From Fidelibacterota bacterium (GTDB taxonomy: Bacteria > Fidelibacterota > Marinisomatia > SCGC-AAA003-L08 > GCA-2689995): DNA of 64,000 bases. Below are positions 28,510 to 38,019 of the stretch, one piece after another. The position numbers and the translations under genes were made by a program. Within the stretch, counting starts at the first letter, position 1; every line of letters starts with the position of its first letter. The notes below the pieces were generated by a model. The model was given only the letters and a program-made list of their open reading frames with translations, did no database searches and was not told where the DNA came from. The stretch is from NCBI GenBank assembly GCA_014381925.1, contig JACNKR010000027.1:1991-65990 (forward strand). The letters are read 5' to 3'.

Positions 28510-31500
28510 TTAACCTAAAATAATATTAATAATGATAATGATATCAAAAACATTTAAAACTCCGTCACCATTAATATCTGCAATGTACAATTCAATTGAA
28601 TCTAACGAATTTGATGTTGGATTTAATATTTGATTTACAATTAAAATAACATCAACAATATTAATTACAGTATCTTGATTTACATCTCCCATTGTTAATG
28701 GTGTACTTGGACGAGTCGTAATAAATAATGCCGACTCATCAGCTAATGATAATGCAGTTTCAGGATATTGATTATTAAATGAATATTGTAAACCATCTGT
28801 ACTTGTATGATCTTCTATTCCAACAGTAGCATAAGAACCATGAAATGCAGTAGCACCGCTATAATTTGAAGTATTATTAACAGTTTTATATTGAATTTTA
28901 ATTTCTCCATCACCTGTTGGTGTTAATGTATCATATAAAATAATTTGAAAATCTTGATCATCATTTCCACCATCATTTCTCATATCAGACCACTCAATTA
29001 TAAATACATCCATATTGGGGTTATAAAAAGTGTAAACATCGCCATTGTTAGATGTTTTTAAATCATCCCAAAATGCTGCAATCATGGGTGATGGTCCACC
29101 TGCACCCGGAACAGGATAGTTTCTAAAAGATGTCATTTCGGAGTCACCAAAAGTTATCCATCCATTGGTACAAATAGTGACTTGGCTATATTCTATTCCA
29201 TAGAATGAAAAATCAAATGGTAAGTTTATAGTTGTCGTTTGTTGTAAACTGGGATTACCATCACCACTATTATTTAAATTTAAGTTTGTTCCAGAACCTC
29301 CATAATCAGGATCAATTTCAATCCAATCATAAATTCCTGCTAAGTTATATCCTAAATCACCTGAATCATATATATAATAACCATGTTGGTCAGGACCAAG
29401 AGGATCTGTAATAGTAGCAGTCCCTACTTGAATATGCAATGGTTCACTATGATTATATCCACTTGAGCTTGTTAAATTTAATTGTACAGGAATAACTGTT
29501 CCATTAATAATATTTTCATTTGCTGTAATTTCAATAGAATTAGATGATAGTACTGAGCTATTTGCATTTATTAAATTCCAAGAAATATTATTATCAGCCA
29601 CCGTAAATGTGCTTCCTGGAATAATTAATTCTCCACTAATATTATCTACACCAATATTTCCAATATTTTTTAATTCAATTTGTATATTTTTTGTTTCACC
29701 CGGATTAATTGTACTTCCAGTTATAAATGTATAATTATTTACAATTAATCTTCCACCGACAACATTAACAGGTAAATATCCATTGGCTTCATTTATGTTT
29801 TCATCAGAAATTCTAATTCTTAATCCAAGTTCTTCACCATCCATTGCACTCTCATTTAAAGAAATAAAATACGAAAGTATAATTTCTTCATTTGCCCCTA
29901 TACTTGTTATTGTCTCAATTGAATTTCCATCTAAAAATGTTATTAAATCAATATCTGCTGTTAATTCTACAGTTAAATTAGTCTGTGTTGAACTCCCAAA
30001 GTTTTTTATAGGAATAGCCAAAGAAACTGTTTCACCCGGATTAAATAAACCATCATTATTCCCAGTCAATGGAAAAGCCATACCATCATCATAAATTGAA
30101 ATATTTTCAGCGACTACATTTACAGGAAGAACTGCATCTGTTACTGAAATTGTCCCTTCGTGTGGTATTTTATTTTTCATTGTTACAGTTACGCTTATAC
30201 TTCCCTCTGGAATATCTTCAATATGAAAAAATGCATTCCCTGAATTATCAGTTAATCTATTTTCAAAGATTATATCATTCCCCATTAATAATGTAACCAA
30301 CGCATCTTTAAGTGCATTATTATTTTCATCATTAACCGCAACTTCAATAAAATTTGAACCTAATGATAAATTAGAGTTATAGTTTACAGATAATTCCCTT
30401 GGGGTATCTGTCCATAAATGCGTTGCGGGATCACCCATTAAATTATTCCAATGGGTAAATATATTAACCATATTACCAGAATTAGAAGGGTATGTTTTTA
30501 TTAAATGTAATTTACCATGGACTAAAGCTTCGCCTGCTGTTTGAGCATTACCAGGAAATAATCCCCAATAAATACCCATATCTACAATATTATTATACAT
30601 TGTGTGGGTCCCTGAAGTTGCAGTACCAACTGATGCAATTGCACCTTTAGGGATATTCTCTGACCCCGCTCTAAAAAATGATTCTGACAATGCTTCACCA
30701 CCCCACGAACTTCCAAAACTACCTGTATCACAAGTTAAGACTGTTGCAAATGGAAGCATATAACCATTATTTAGATTATTAATATTTCCACTACCAAATC
30801 CACTTACACCAATATAACCTCTATAATTTAAAAACAACACACCACTGTTTAACTTATTACTCATAAAACTTGACCAGCCATTGTTATACTGGGTATCTAC
30901 ATTTTCAAATTCATATTCATCTAACATATCATTAATAAACATATTTGTAATTATAGTAGAAACACCTGAATAAGAAGGATCGCCGGCAAGTGCAGCACTT
31001 TCATACCAGTCTGTACCTGTTTGTGCAATATACGATGCTTTTTCATAATGAATAATTTTATTTACAACGGTTGCAATATCACTTGAATTTTCAACCGACA
31101 TTCTACCTATTACAACATCGGGATATAAATCATCACCATTTAACAAACCGTATGGATTATCTCCTTTACCACTATATCCTGACCAATTTTCCGTAAAAGC
31201 AGGAATACTATATGAACCACTCACATCACCAATTAAAGTAACAAATTCTGGCTTGGGGTCAAAATCTTCATATGCATTTTGAATATAATTTTTTATTGAA
31301 TTCGTGCTTGTTCCTGTCTGGGAAGTTGAAGCAGTATAAACCGTATATCCCCTTTTATGCCGCCATTCTAATAAGTTTTCTATATTATTATTTGTTAATG
31401 CGTTTCCACCCCCAATAACTAATATTGCAGGCTCTTGAAATTCCATATCTTCAGTACGAGTAAAATTAGGAATTAAACTTTCATACATTTTCACAAAAGG

Positions 31501-32079
31501 TCTTGAATATTGAATTGTTTCTGTAATTGTAGATGAGGTTAATGGAGTGATATTAATATCTACATTATTATAAACAACTAATCTTTTTTCTGATGGGTAA
31601 TATGTAAATGGTACAAATTCTATTGAGATAATATCTATATCTCTCATTGTTTGCGGACTTGAAACATTTAAATTATTTATTGGATAACTAGAAATTTGAG
31701 AAAACGAATTATTGATTAATAAACTTCGTGAGTAAACTTGTTTATGCTCGTCATCTTCTATATAAGGTAGTATATTGATATCTTCAATTGTATATGAATC
31801 TATAATTTCATATTGAACATTATATTGAACATTTTTATCAACCATATATAATGACGAAAATGTGGGTAAATCAGGCATTCCAATTTCTAATAATTGTCCT
31901 GTATGTTCAATTTTAATTTTCTGAAAATCTTCATGTGAATCAAATTCAATATCACCTATATTCAAATTTAAAGTTCCACTCCCATCTGACTGACTGACAT
32001 ATTGGAAATGACTAATTGATGAATTTGTTGTAGCAAATATGCCACTGATAAATAAAATAATTGATAATAATTTTTGCAT
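28510..32079 (-). CDS. gingipain-like (peptidase C25 family) secreted protein with propeptide, NIDO-like module and C-terminal dockerin-like module
   Basis: Signal peptide, a C25-propeptide-like N-terminus (GMPDLPTFS ... MRDIDIISIEFVPFTYYP), and a catalytic-domain-like LNYRGYIGVSGF ... TVLTCDTGSF. The C-terminal module is shared with the 14166..17105 protein. Dockerin at the end. Confidence 0.7.
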   Translation of the reverse strand: MQKLLSIILFISGIFATTNSSISHFQYVSQSDGSGTLNLNIGDIEFDSHEDFQKIKIEHTGQLLEIGMPDLPTFSSLYMVDKNVQYNVQYEIIDSYTIEDINILPYIEDDEHKQVYSRSLLINNSFSQISSYPINNLNVSSPQTMRDIDIISIEFVPFTYYPSEKRLVVYNNVDINITPLTSSTITETIQYSRPFVKMYESLIPNFTRTEDMEFQEPAILVIGGGNALTNNNIENLLEWRHKRGYTVYTASTSQTGTSTNSIKNYIQNAYEDFDPKPEFVTLIGDVSGSYSIPAFTENWSGYSGKGDNPYGLLNGDDLYPDVVIGRMSVENSSDIATVVNKIIHYEKASYIAQTGTDWYESAALAGDPSYSGVSTIITNMFINDMLDEYEFENVDTQYNNGWSSFMSNKLNSGVLFLNYRGYIGVSGFGSGNINNLNNGYMLPFATVLTCDTGSFGSSWGGEALSESFFRAGSENIPKGAIASVGTATSGTHTMYNNIVDMGIYWGLFPGNAQTAGEALVHGKLHLIKTYPSNSGNMVNIFTHWNNLMGDPATHLWTDTPRELSVNYNSNLSLGSNFIEVAVNDENNNALKDALVTLLMGNDIIFENRLTDNSGNAFFHIEDIPEGSISVTVTMKNKIPHEGTISVTDAVLPVNVVAENISIYDDGMAFPLTGNNDGLFNPGETVSLAIPIKNFGSSTQTNLTVELTADIDLITFLDGNSIETITSIGANEEIILSYFISLNESAMDGEELGLRIRISDENINEANGYLPVNVVGGRLIVNNYTFITGSTINPGETKNIQIELKNIGNIGVDNISGELIIPGSTFTVADNNISWNLINANSSVLSSNSIEITANENIINGTVIPVQLNLTSSSGYNHSEPLHIQVGTATITDPLGPDQHGYYIYDSGDLGYNLAGIYDWIEIDPDYGGSGTNLNLNNSGDGNPSLQQTTTINLPFDFSFYGIEYSQVTICTNGWITFGDSEMTSFRNYPVPGAGGPSPMIAAFWDDLKTSNNGDVYTFYNPNMDVFIIEWSDMRNDGGNDDQDFQIILYDTLTPTGDGEIKIQYKTVNNTSNYSGATAFHGSYATVGIEDHTSTDGLQYSFNNQYPETALSLADESALFITTRPSTPLTMGDVNQDTVINIVDVILIVNQILNPTSNSLDSIELYIADINGDGVLNVFDIIIIINIILG
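28513..28689 (-). other. dockerin-like duplicated Ca-binding module
   Basis: GDVNQDTVINIVDVILIVNQIL ... ADINGDGVLNVFDIIIIINIILG. Confidence 0.7.
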
Positions 32080-32363
32080 TTTCTCTTTCTTTTTAATTTG
32101 TATTATTAAATTGATGATATCTTAAAAAAACATCTATAATAAATATACAGCAATCAATATATATGATAGTTTTCGATATGTATCAATTTGTAATTTGGTT
32201 AGATTAAATTTCATTTATTTTGCTTTTAAACAAGCCGATAACTTAATAGATAGACGAGAATTCAAATCAAACAAATTGTCACATAATATTTATGTTGTGT
32301 AATTTACTAGGCTGTGTAGCTTATAGCAAATTCAAACAATGAAAATCAACAAAGGAGAGACAC

Positions 32364-32801
32364 TTGATTCAATTTAATAATATCAAGAAAAAAATAACAG
32401 AAGGGTTTACACTTGTAGAAATCCTTATCGTAGTTGTAATTATCGGAATTTTAGCTTCAGTAGCTATTCCAACCTATATGAAATATGTTGAAAGAGGTTA
32501 TGCTTCTGACGCAAAAGTTCAAATTAAAAACATTTTAGAAAATGCAGAAATTTATAGACAAGAAACAGGTGAGTGGCCTGTGGATGTTCAAACTATGCTT
32601 GATGAAGGTGTTTTAGGAATGAAAAAGTCTGTTCTTAATAAATGGGAATTTGATTTACAATTAGAAGATGATGAATATGGTACTTCTGGTCAAATTACTG
32701 CTTCAAGCCTACCTGGAATGAAGGGTGGAGAAGGAAAGCAAATTATTTACCTTATTGAAGAAGGTGAATATGTTGGATATGGACAAAAAAGAGAACAATA
32801 A
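32364..32801 (+). CDS. pilA: type IV pilin (major pilin candidate), prepilin-type N-terminal methylation domain
   Basis: The leader ends in G, then FTLVEILIVVVIIGILASVAIP (Glu5). An AAAGGAGAGA RBS lies upstream of a TTG start. It is the first gene of the pilus operon. Confidence 0.8.
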   Translation: MIQFNNIKKKITEGFTLVEILIVVVIIGILASVAIPTYMKYVERGYASDAKVQIKNILENAEIYRQETGEWPVDVQTMLDEGVLGMKKSVLNKWEFDLQLEDDEYGTSGQITASSLPGMKGGEGKQIIYLIEEGEYVGYGQKREQ

Positions 32802-33860
32802 ATGGATGTAAAAATTCATGACTTACTTGATTATGCATTAAAAAGTGGTGCATCTGATCTTCATTTAAGTGTTGGTTCTATTCCAATGGTGAGAATTCAT
32901 GGAATAATGAAAAAATTACAATTACCTGTAATGACTCAAGACACAATGGAATCGATTAAAAAAGATGTTTTAAACGAACATCAATTAAAACGCTTTGAGG
33001 AAAAACTAGAAATTGATTTTTCTAAAAAACTTGAGAAAAAAGGTCGTTTTCGCGTAAACTTCTTCAATCAAATAAATGGATATTCTGCTGTTTTCAGAAC
33101 AATTCCTTCGGCCGTTAAATCTACGGAAGAATTGATGATTCCTCCAATTTTAAACCAATTAGCGCTCAAGGAAAAAGGATTAATCCTTTTAACCGGACCT
33201 ACAGGTAGTGGAAAATCAACTACACTTGCAGCAATGATTCAACATATAAATGAACATAAACAACATCATATTATTACAGTTGAAGATCCAGTAGAATATT
33301 ATCATGAATCAAATAACTGTTTAATCAATCAACGAGAATTAGGACAATCAACACACTCTTTTGCGAATGCATTAAAGTCTGCTTTACGAGAAGATCCTGA
33401 TGTTATTCTTGTTGGTGAGATGAGAGATTTAGAAACAATCCAATTAGCATTAACTGCAGCGGAGACTGGGCACTTAGTGTTAAGTACATTACATACTTCC
33501 AGTGCTGTTAAAACAATTGATAGAATTATAGATGTTTTTCCTTCAGGGCAAAAATCTCAAATTAGATCTATGCTTTCAGAAAGTTTATTGGCTGTAATTG
33601 CTCAAAAATTATTACCAAATAAAGCAAAAACGGGACGAGTTCCTGCAAGTGAGATAATGGTTGCATCTTCTGCGATAAGAAACCTAATCAGAGAAGATAA
33701 AATTTATCAAATACCAACATTAATACAATCAGGTGCAAAGGAAGGAATGCAAAGTTTAGATGCTGACCTTCAACGATTATTACACCAAGGCATAATTGAC
33801 CGCGCAGATGCAATTCAAGTTGCTGAAAATCCTGAAGTATTTGAAAGAGGTATTTTTTAA
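32802..33860 (+). CDS. pilT: type IV pilus retraction ATPase PilT
   Basis: 352 aa. Contains ASDLHL, Walker A GPTGSGKSTT, Walker B/Asp box ILVGEMRD, and His box GHLVLSTLHT. Confidence 0.85.
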   Translation: MDVKIHDLLDYALKSGASDLHLSVGSIPMVRIHGIMKKLQLPVMTQDTMESIKKDVLNEHQLKRFEEKLEIDFSKKLEKKGRFRVNFFNQINGYSAVFRTIPSAVKSTEELMIPPILNQLALKEKGLILLTGPTGSGKSTTLAAMIQHINEHKQHHIITVEDPVEYYHESNNCLINQRELGQSTHSFANALKSALREDPDVILVGEMRDLETIQLALTAAETGHLVLSTLHTSSAVKTIDRIIDVFPSGQKSQIRSMLSESLLAVIAQKLLPNKAKTGRVPASEIMVASSAIRNLIREDKIYQIPTLIQSGAKEGMQSLDADLQRLLHQGIIDRADAIQVAENPEVFERGIF

Positions 33861-34301
33861 TTGAACTCAACTCTAAAAACATTAAAGGGATTTACATTAA
33901 TTGAGGCAATGATTGGTGTATTAATTACAGCAATTTCTGCATCAGCGATTATGATGGGAGTTAGCTCAGTAAATCAATCATTAAAAAAAGTTAGAGTTAA
34001 AGAAAAAGCATACGAAGCATTACGAGATTACACTGATTTTCTAAAAGCACGTATTATGGCAGAAGGAGGAAGTACAATTGGTTCTCCATCTCAAAATGGC
34101 GATGAAGTAATATTATTTGAAAATGATCAAGGTGAACCTGTTTATATCGCAACGGTTAACTATCATCCAATTAGAAAATTAAGTGATCAAAATAGTTTAG
34201 GTGAAGTATATTCATTAGACACATATATTGTCTGGGATTTAAATGAAAACGTTAAAGATACAATTGAATTTAATACTGCCCAAATTAGGCTTCAACTATA
34301 G
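33861..34301 (+). CDS. minor pilin (prepilin-type N-terminal domain)
   Basis: LKG/FTLIEAMIGVLITAISA cleavage-methylation motif with Glu5. 146 aa. Confidence 0.7.
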   Translation: MNSTLKTLKGFTLIEAMIGVLITAISASAIMMGVSSVNQSLKKVRVKEKAYEALRDYTDFLKARIMAEGGSTIGSPSQNGDEVILFENDQGEPVYIATVNYHPIRKLSDQNSLGEVYSLDTYIVWDLNENVKDTIEFNTAQIRLQL

Positions 34302-34936
34302 TGATGAAATTATTAAAATATAAAGCTTCTGGATTTACTCTTGTTGAAATGATGACAATTATATTAATCAGTTCGGTATCTTTTTTAGGGATGTTTTATA
34401 TTTATGGTGATGTATCAAAAAAATTAGAAGGCGATTTAGCCCGATCTGAAGTAAAAACATATTGTAATTATGCACTTAATGAAATGGCTAATTATATTAA
34501 AATGGCAGATGATATTTCATTTAATATCTATGATCAAAATATACAATTAATTACAGATGGCAATTATTATGGGCGAAATTCCTTTTCACTATCAAGTGAT
34601 GATGGAATATTAAAAAATGGTGACCCCATACACAATTCAACAACTCGAGATCCAAATAACCCAACTCGTTTTGTAAGAAATCATGTAATTAGATATACTT
34701 CAATTGAAAAAAATCAATTTACTCGGTACAAAATTAGAGATTGGGATATTTATTCTAAACCAAATGTTGATGGTACAACGACAAATGAAAACTCAGATGT
34801 CCGAAAAGCAACATTAATTGTAGAAATGGTTGTAGATATAATTATGGGTTGGGATGAAGATATAATTATTGAAACGCTTTCATTTAAAAAAGAGACTTTT
34901 TCTCCAACGGCATTTATTAAATATCGAAATTCATAA
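34301..34936 (+). CDS. minor pilin (prepilin-type N-terminal domain)
   Basis: ASG/FTLVEMMTIILISSV motif with Glu5. 211 aa. An ATG at 34304 is an alternative start. Confidence 0.65.
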   Translation: MMKLLKYKASGFTLVEMMTIILISSVSFLGMFYIYGDVSKKLEGDLARSEVKTYCNYALNEMANYIKMADDISFNIYDQNIQLITDGNYYGRNSFSLSSDDGILKNGDPIHNSTTRDPNNPTRFVRNHVIRYTSIEKNQFTRYKIRDWDIYSKPNVDGTTTNENSDVRKATLIVEMVVDIIMGWDEDIIIETLSFKKETFSPTAFIKYRNS

Positions 34937-36946
34937 TTGATGACAATTAAGCAAAAACTAACAGCAGGTTTTATTTTACCAACCACAATTGTAATGACAA
35001 TGGTTGGAGCAGGAGTTGTGTTTGCTTATTTTCAAAAAGCAATGGCTGAACATCACCGAGTTTCTCTTAAAATTGCTAAAACAAAAGCAAAATATAACGC
35101 AGGGACAGGATTAGCAATCAAAACCTATGAAGATTTCTTCATGGAAGAAGTGATGATAAATAATTCAGATACCATTCGAAGATATGATGGCGAGATTGTA
35201 GATGGTATGGGTAAATTTGATTCTGTTTCAATTCGTATTAGAAAAAATAAAGGTGGACAATTAATTCGAGTTGCTAAAGCAAAAGGATACTCTACTGTTC
35301 AAACTTTTTGGGGAAATGGATCCTTCACATTAGAAGATTCAGTTAGCTTAATTACAGAACCACAAAAAACATTAGCTACATATTTATACCTTACAGGAAG
35401 CGAAAAAGCGGGCGGTGCTCCACAAACTATGGAAAATGGTGTTAGAAGAGAAGTTAATTTTGGTTCTGGAGATAATTTAAATGCCGGAGATATTCAATCT
35501 AATGGTCAATTAGTAATGAGTGACTTTGGATGTCCTGTATTTAATACAACAGTTACAATCACCGAAGAATGTGTCCAAAACCCTGATGGTACCTATGACA
35601 CCGAGGTTAATTACCCTGATATGGGATTTTGTAATGAAAATTCTGTTTTCCAAGGAAGTCCACCTCTCGATACTTTACCACCTGTATGTTTACCCCCTCC
35701 TTCTTTCGATTCAAAAAAAGCATACGCTGATGTAAAATTAGATGCAACAGAATTATTAAAATGGTCACCGTTTGGATTAAAAGATACATTAATTATGACT
35801 GAAATAGAGTTTGTAGAAGACGGAGGGTTTTATGCCCGTCAATGGTGGTATTTAATGCCGCCACATTTAAAACCAGGAATATCATTAGTTCAAGCTTCAG
35901 CTCCTCAAGGGGCAGATTTAGAAGGTGTAACAAATGCGAATACACAATGTATGAACCCAAGTGATTTAAGGACATGTACCGCTTATGGAGAGGCACTAAT
36001 AAATTACCATGTTAAAGAAATTGATTTTGAGGGTAATGAATCTTTAATTGATGATGATATTCAAGGTACTCATGGTTTTCATCACTATGATACTCATGTA
36101 TATCAATATGACCCAAGCAATCCAAATTCAGCATTTTCAACAGGGTCTGCAAATGTCGTATCTGAAGAGTTTTATCCATATAACCATCCAACCGCTATCT
36201 ATGTTAAAGGTGGGCAAGTATTAGTTCATGGTCGATATAAAGGAAAATATACGATTATAACTGATGAGTACACCACTTACCGGCGACATGCATGGTCACC
36301 AAACTTCTCGTCACCTATAGATACTATGTGGTGTAATATTTGGTTGGTCGATGATATTCGAAATGTAGATGGTTCCACAAATGGAAGCCTATATTCAGTT
36401 CAACCAGATGAAGATTGTACGGGTGGATCAAGTAATGTAATGGGGATTGTTTCTGGTGCCAATGTATTTATTGCAAATACAAAAGCAAATGGTGCAAGAG
36501 GAAGTTCTTATGGAAGTAGTATTGTAATTCATGCACATATAATTGCATTTAATGAATCTTTTTCGATGCATTATTGGCAAAATAGAACCCAATCACCTTA
36601 TGGGTGTGCAAATGGATCTATTTGGGGTGCAGGATATGGAGACTGCAATGGTGACAGATATGGAGGGAATTTTAGTGGCCAAAGTGATTTAAGAGGTACT
36701 GTCAATTTATGGGGGGGTGTTGTTCAAAAATATAGAGGATACATGAAAAGAAATTCTCCCGGCCCATATAGTATATCCCCAGGAATTGGGATGGATAAAA
36801 GTTATCATTATGACAATAATCTAAAGTGTTTTGATCCACCATTATATCCAGAAAGTGTATTTTGTAATGATGAAAGCTGTGGTGGTGAAGCTACAGAAGG
36901 TGAAAATCAAATTAATTTAAAAATAGCAAGTTACAGGGAATTCTAA
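34937..36946 (+). CDS. large pilin-like protein lacking Glu5 (PilX_N/GspK-like N-terminus); candidate pilus tip or cap protein
   Basis: AG/FILPTTIVMTMVGAGVVFAYF hydrophobic N-terminus without Glu5, then about 630 aa with many Cys and Gly and no family I recognise. An ATG at 34940 is an alternative start. Confidence 0.5.
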   Translation: MMTIKQKLTAGFILPTTIVMTMVGAGVVFAYFQKAMAEHHRVSLKIAKTKAKYNAGTGLAIKTYEDFFMEEVMINNSDTIRRYDGEIVDGMGKFDSVSIRIRKNKGGQLIRVAKAKGYSTVQTFWGNGSFTLEDSVSLITEPQKTLATYLYLTGSEKAGGAPQTMENGVRREVNFGSGDNLNAGDIQSNGQLVMSDFGCPVFNTTVTITEECVQNPDGTYDTEVNYPDMGFCNENSVFQGSPPLDTLPPVCLPPPSFDSKKAYADVKLDATELLKWSPFGLKDTLIMTEIEFVEDGGFYARQWWYLMPPHLKPGISLVQASAPQGADLEGVTNANTQCMNPSDLRTCTAYGEALINYHVKEIDFEGNESLIDDDIQGTHGFHHYDTHVYQYDPSNPNSAFSTGSANVVSEEFYPYNHPTAIYVKGGQVLVHGRYKGKYTIITDEYTTYRRHAWSPNFSSPIDTMWCNIWLVDDIRNVDGSTNGSLYSVQPDEDCTGGSSNVMGIVSGANVFIANTKANGARGSSYGSSIVIHAHIIAFNESFSMHYWQNRTQSPYGCANGSIWGAGYGDCNGDRYGGNFSGQSDLRGTVNLWGGVVQKYRGYMKRNSPGPYSISPGIGMDKSYHYDNNLKCFDPPLYPESVFCNDESCGGEATEGENQINLKIASYREF

Positions 36947-36951
36947 ACTAA

Positions 36952-38019
36952 ATGAGTATAGGTATTGACTTTGGTTACTCCAATGTTAAAATTGTTGAGT
37001 TATCCAAATCTGGAGCGAATTACAAAGTTGAAAAAATTGGGATTCGCCCATTAACAGCAGACCTTGCAAAATATAATCCTGAAAAAATTGGGAAATCTCA
37101 ATGGGTTTCAGCAATTCAAGATTTATGCAAGGAATTAAATATTCAAACAAAAAAATCTAAAATTGTAATTTCAAATTTATCGGGACACCATGTAAGTGCA
37201 AGACAAGTAACAACACTTGAAATGAACCATGAAGAATTAGAATTAACACTGGAATTAGAAGCAAAAAAACATATTCCATTAGATGGTTCAGACCCAATAT
37301 TAGATTTTCATATTATTGGACCGAGTGCAACTGAATTAGATAAAATAAATGTATTATTATTAGCAACAACTAAAAATATTGTTGAAAAACATAGTGATAT
37401 CATGAAAGATTCTGGTTTCAAATTAGGAAAATATGATACAGATTCAATTGCGTTGTTAAATTGCTATTTAAATAATAATGAATTACCACAGACTGGAGTG
37501 GATGTCATTTTAAATATTGGAAGCAGTACAACTCAAATGATTATTTGGGGAAAAACCCACCCATTTTTTTTCCGTGAAATTGAAGTATCAGGCTATCATT
37601 TTTCGAAATATATTGCGGATAAAGAAAAAATAAACTTTGAAAGTGCCCAACAAATAATGATTGAGCAAGGGACAAATTATTCACCTCCAGCATCAGATAA
37701 TTCGACTGATGAGCCTTCATCATTTATTCAAGTAGCTGAGAAAACAATTTACGACCAACTTGTAGATGATTTAAGAAAAACACTTCGATATTATATGAAA
37801 AATAATAATCAAGCATTTTTTAATAAGTTTTATGTTTGTGGGGGTTCTTCACAAATTCCAGGATTAAAGGAATTTATTGGAGATGCATTAAATATCAAAT
37901 TAATGGAATTAAATCCATTTGAAAATATGGATATTTCTGAGTCGGTTGAAAATGTTTCTCAATTTGCTGTTGCAACGGGATTAGCAATCCGAGGATTGGA
38001 GCAAGATAATCGTGGATAA
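36952..38019 (+). CDS. pilM: type IV pilus assembly protein PilM (actin-like ATPase fold)
   Basis: IGIDFGYSNVKIVEL phosphate-1 motif, later VCGGSSQIPGL. Followed by PilN/O-like bitopic proteins. Confidence 0.75.
   Translation: MSIGIDFGYSNVKIVELSKSGANYKVEKIGIRPLTADLAKYNPEKIGKSQWVSAIQDLCKELNIQTKKSKIVISNLSGHHVSARQVTTLEMNHEELELTLELEAKKHIPLDGSDPILDFHIIGPSATELDKINVLLLATTKNIVEKHSDIMKDSGFKLGKYDTDSIALLNCYLNNNELPQTGVDVILNIGSSTTQMIIWGKTHPFFFREIEVSGYHFSKYIADKEKINFESAQQIMIEQGTNYSPPASDNSTDEPSSFIQVAEKTIYDQLVDDLRKTLRYYMKNNNQAFFNKFYVCGGSSQIPGLKEFIGDALNIKLMELNPFENMDISESVENVSQFAVATGLAIRGLEQDNRG

Noticed and set aside
32080-32363. Sigma-54 promoter (TGGCAC-N5-TTGCA) or a defined operator upstream of pilA. A Bacteroidetes-type TAnnTTTG motif (TAATTTG at about 32191) and an imperfect inverted repeat (CACATAATATTTATGTTGTG) were also noticed.
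   Set aside because: The GG/GC dinucleotides in AGGCTGTGTAGCTTATAGCA do not have the required spacing. The other motifs are short and expected by chance in AT-rich DNA. The region is probably the divergent promoter zone, but no element can be supported.
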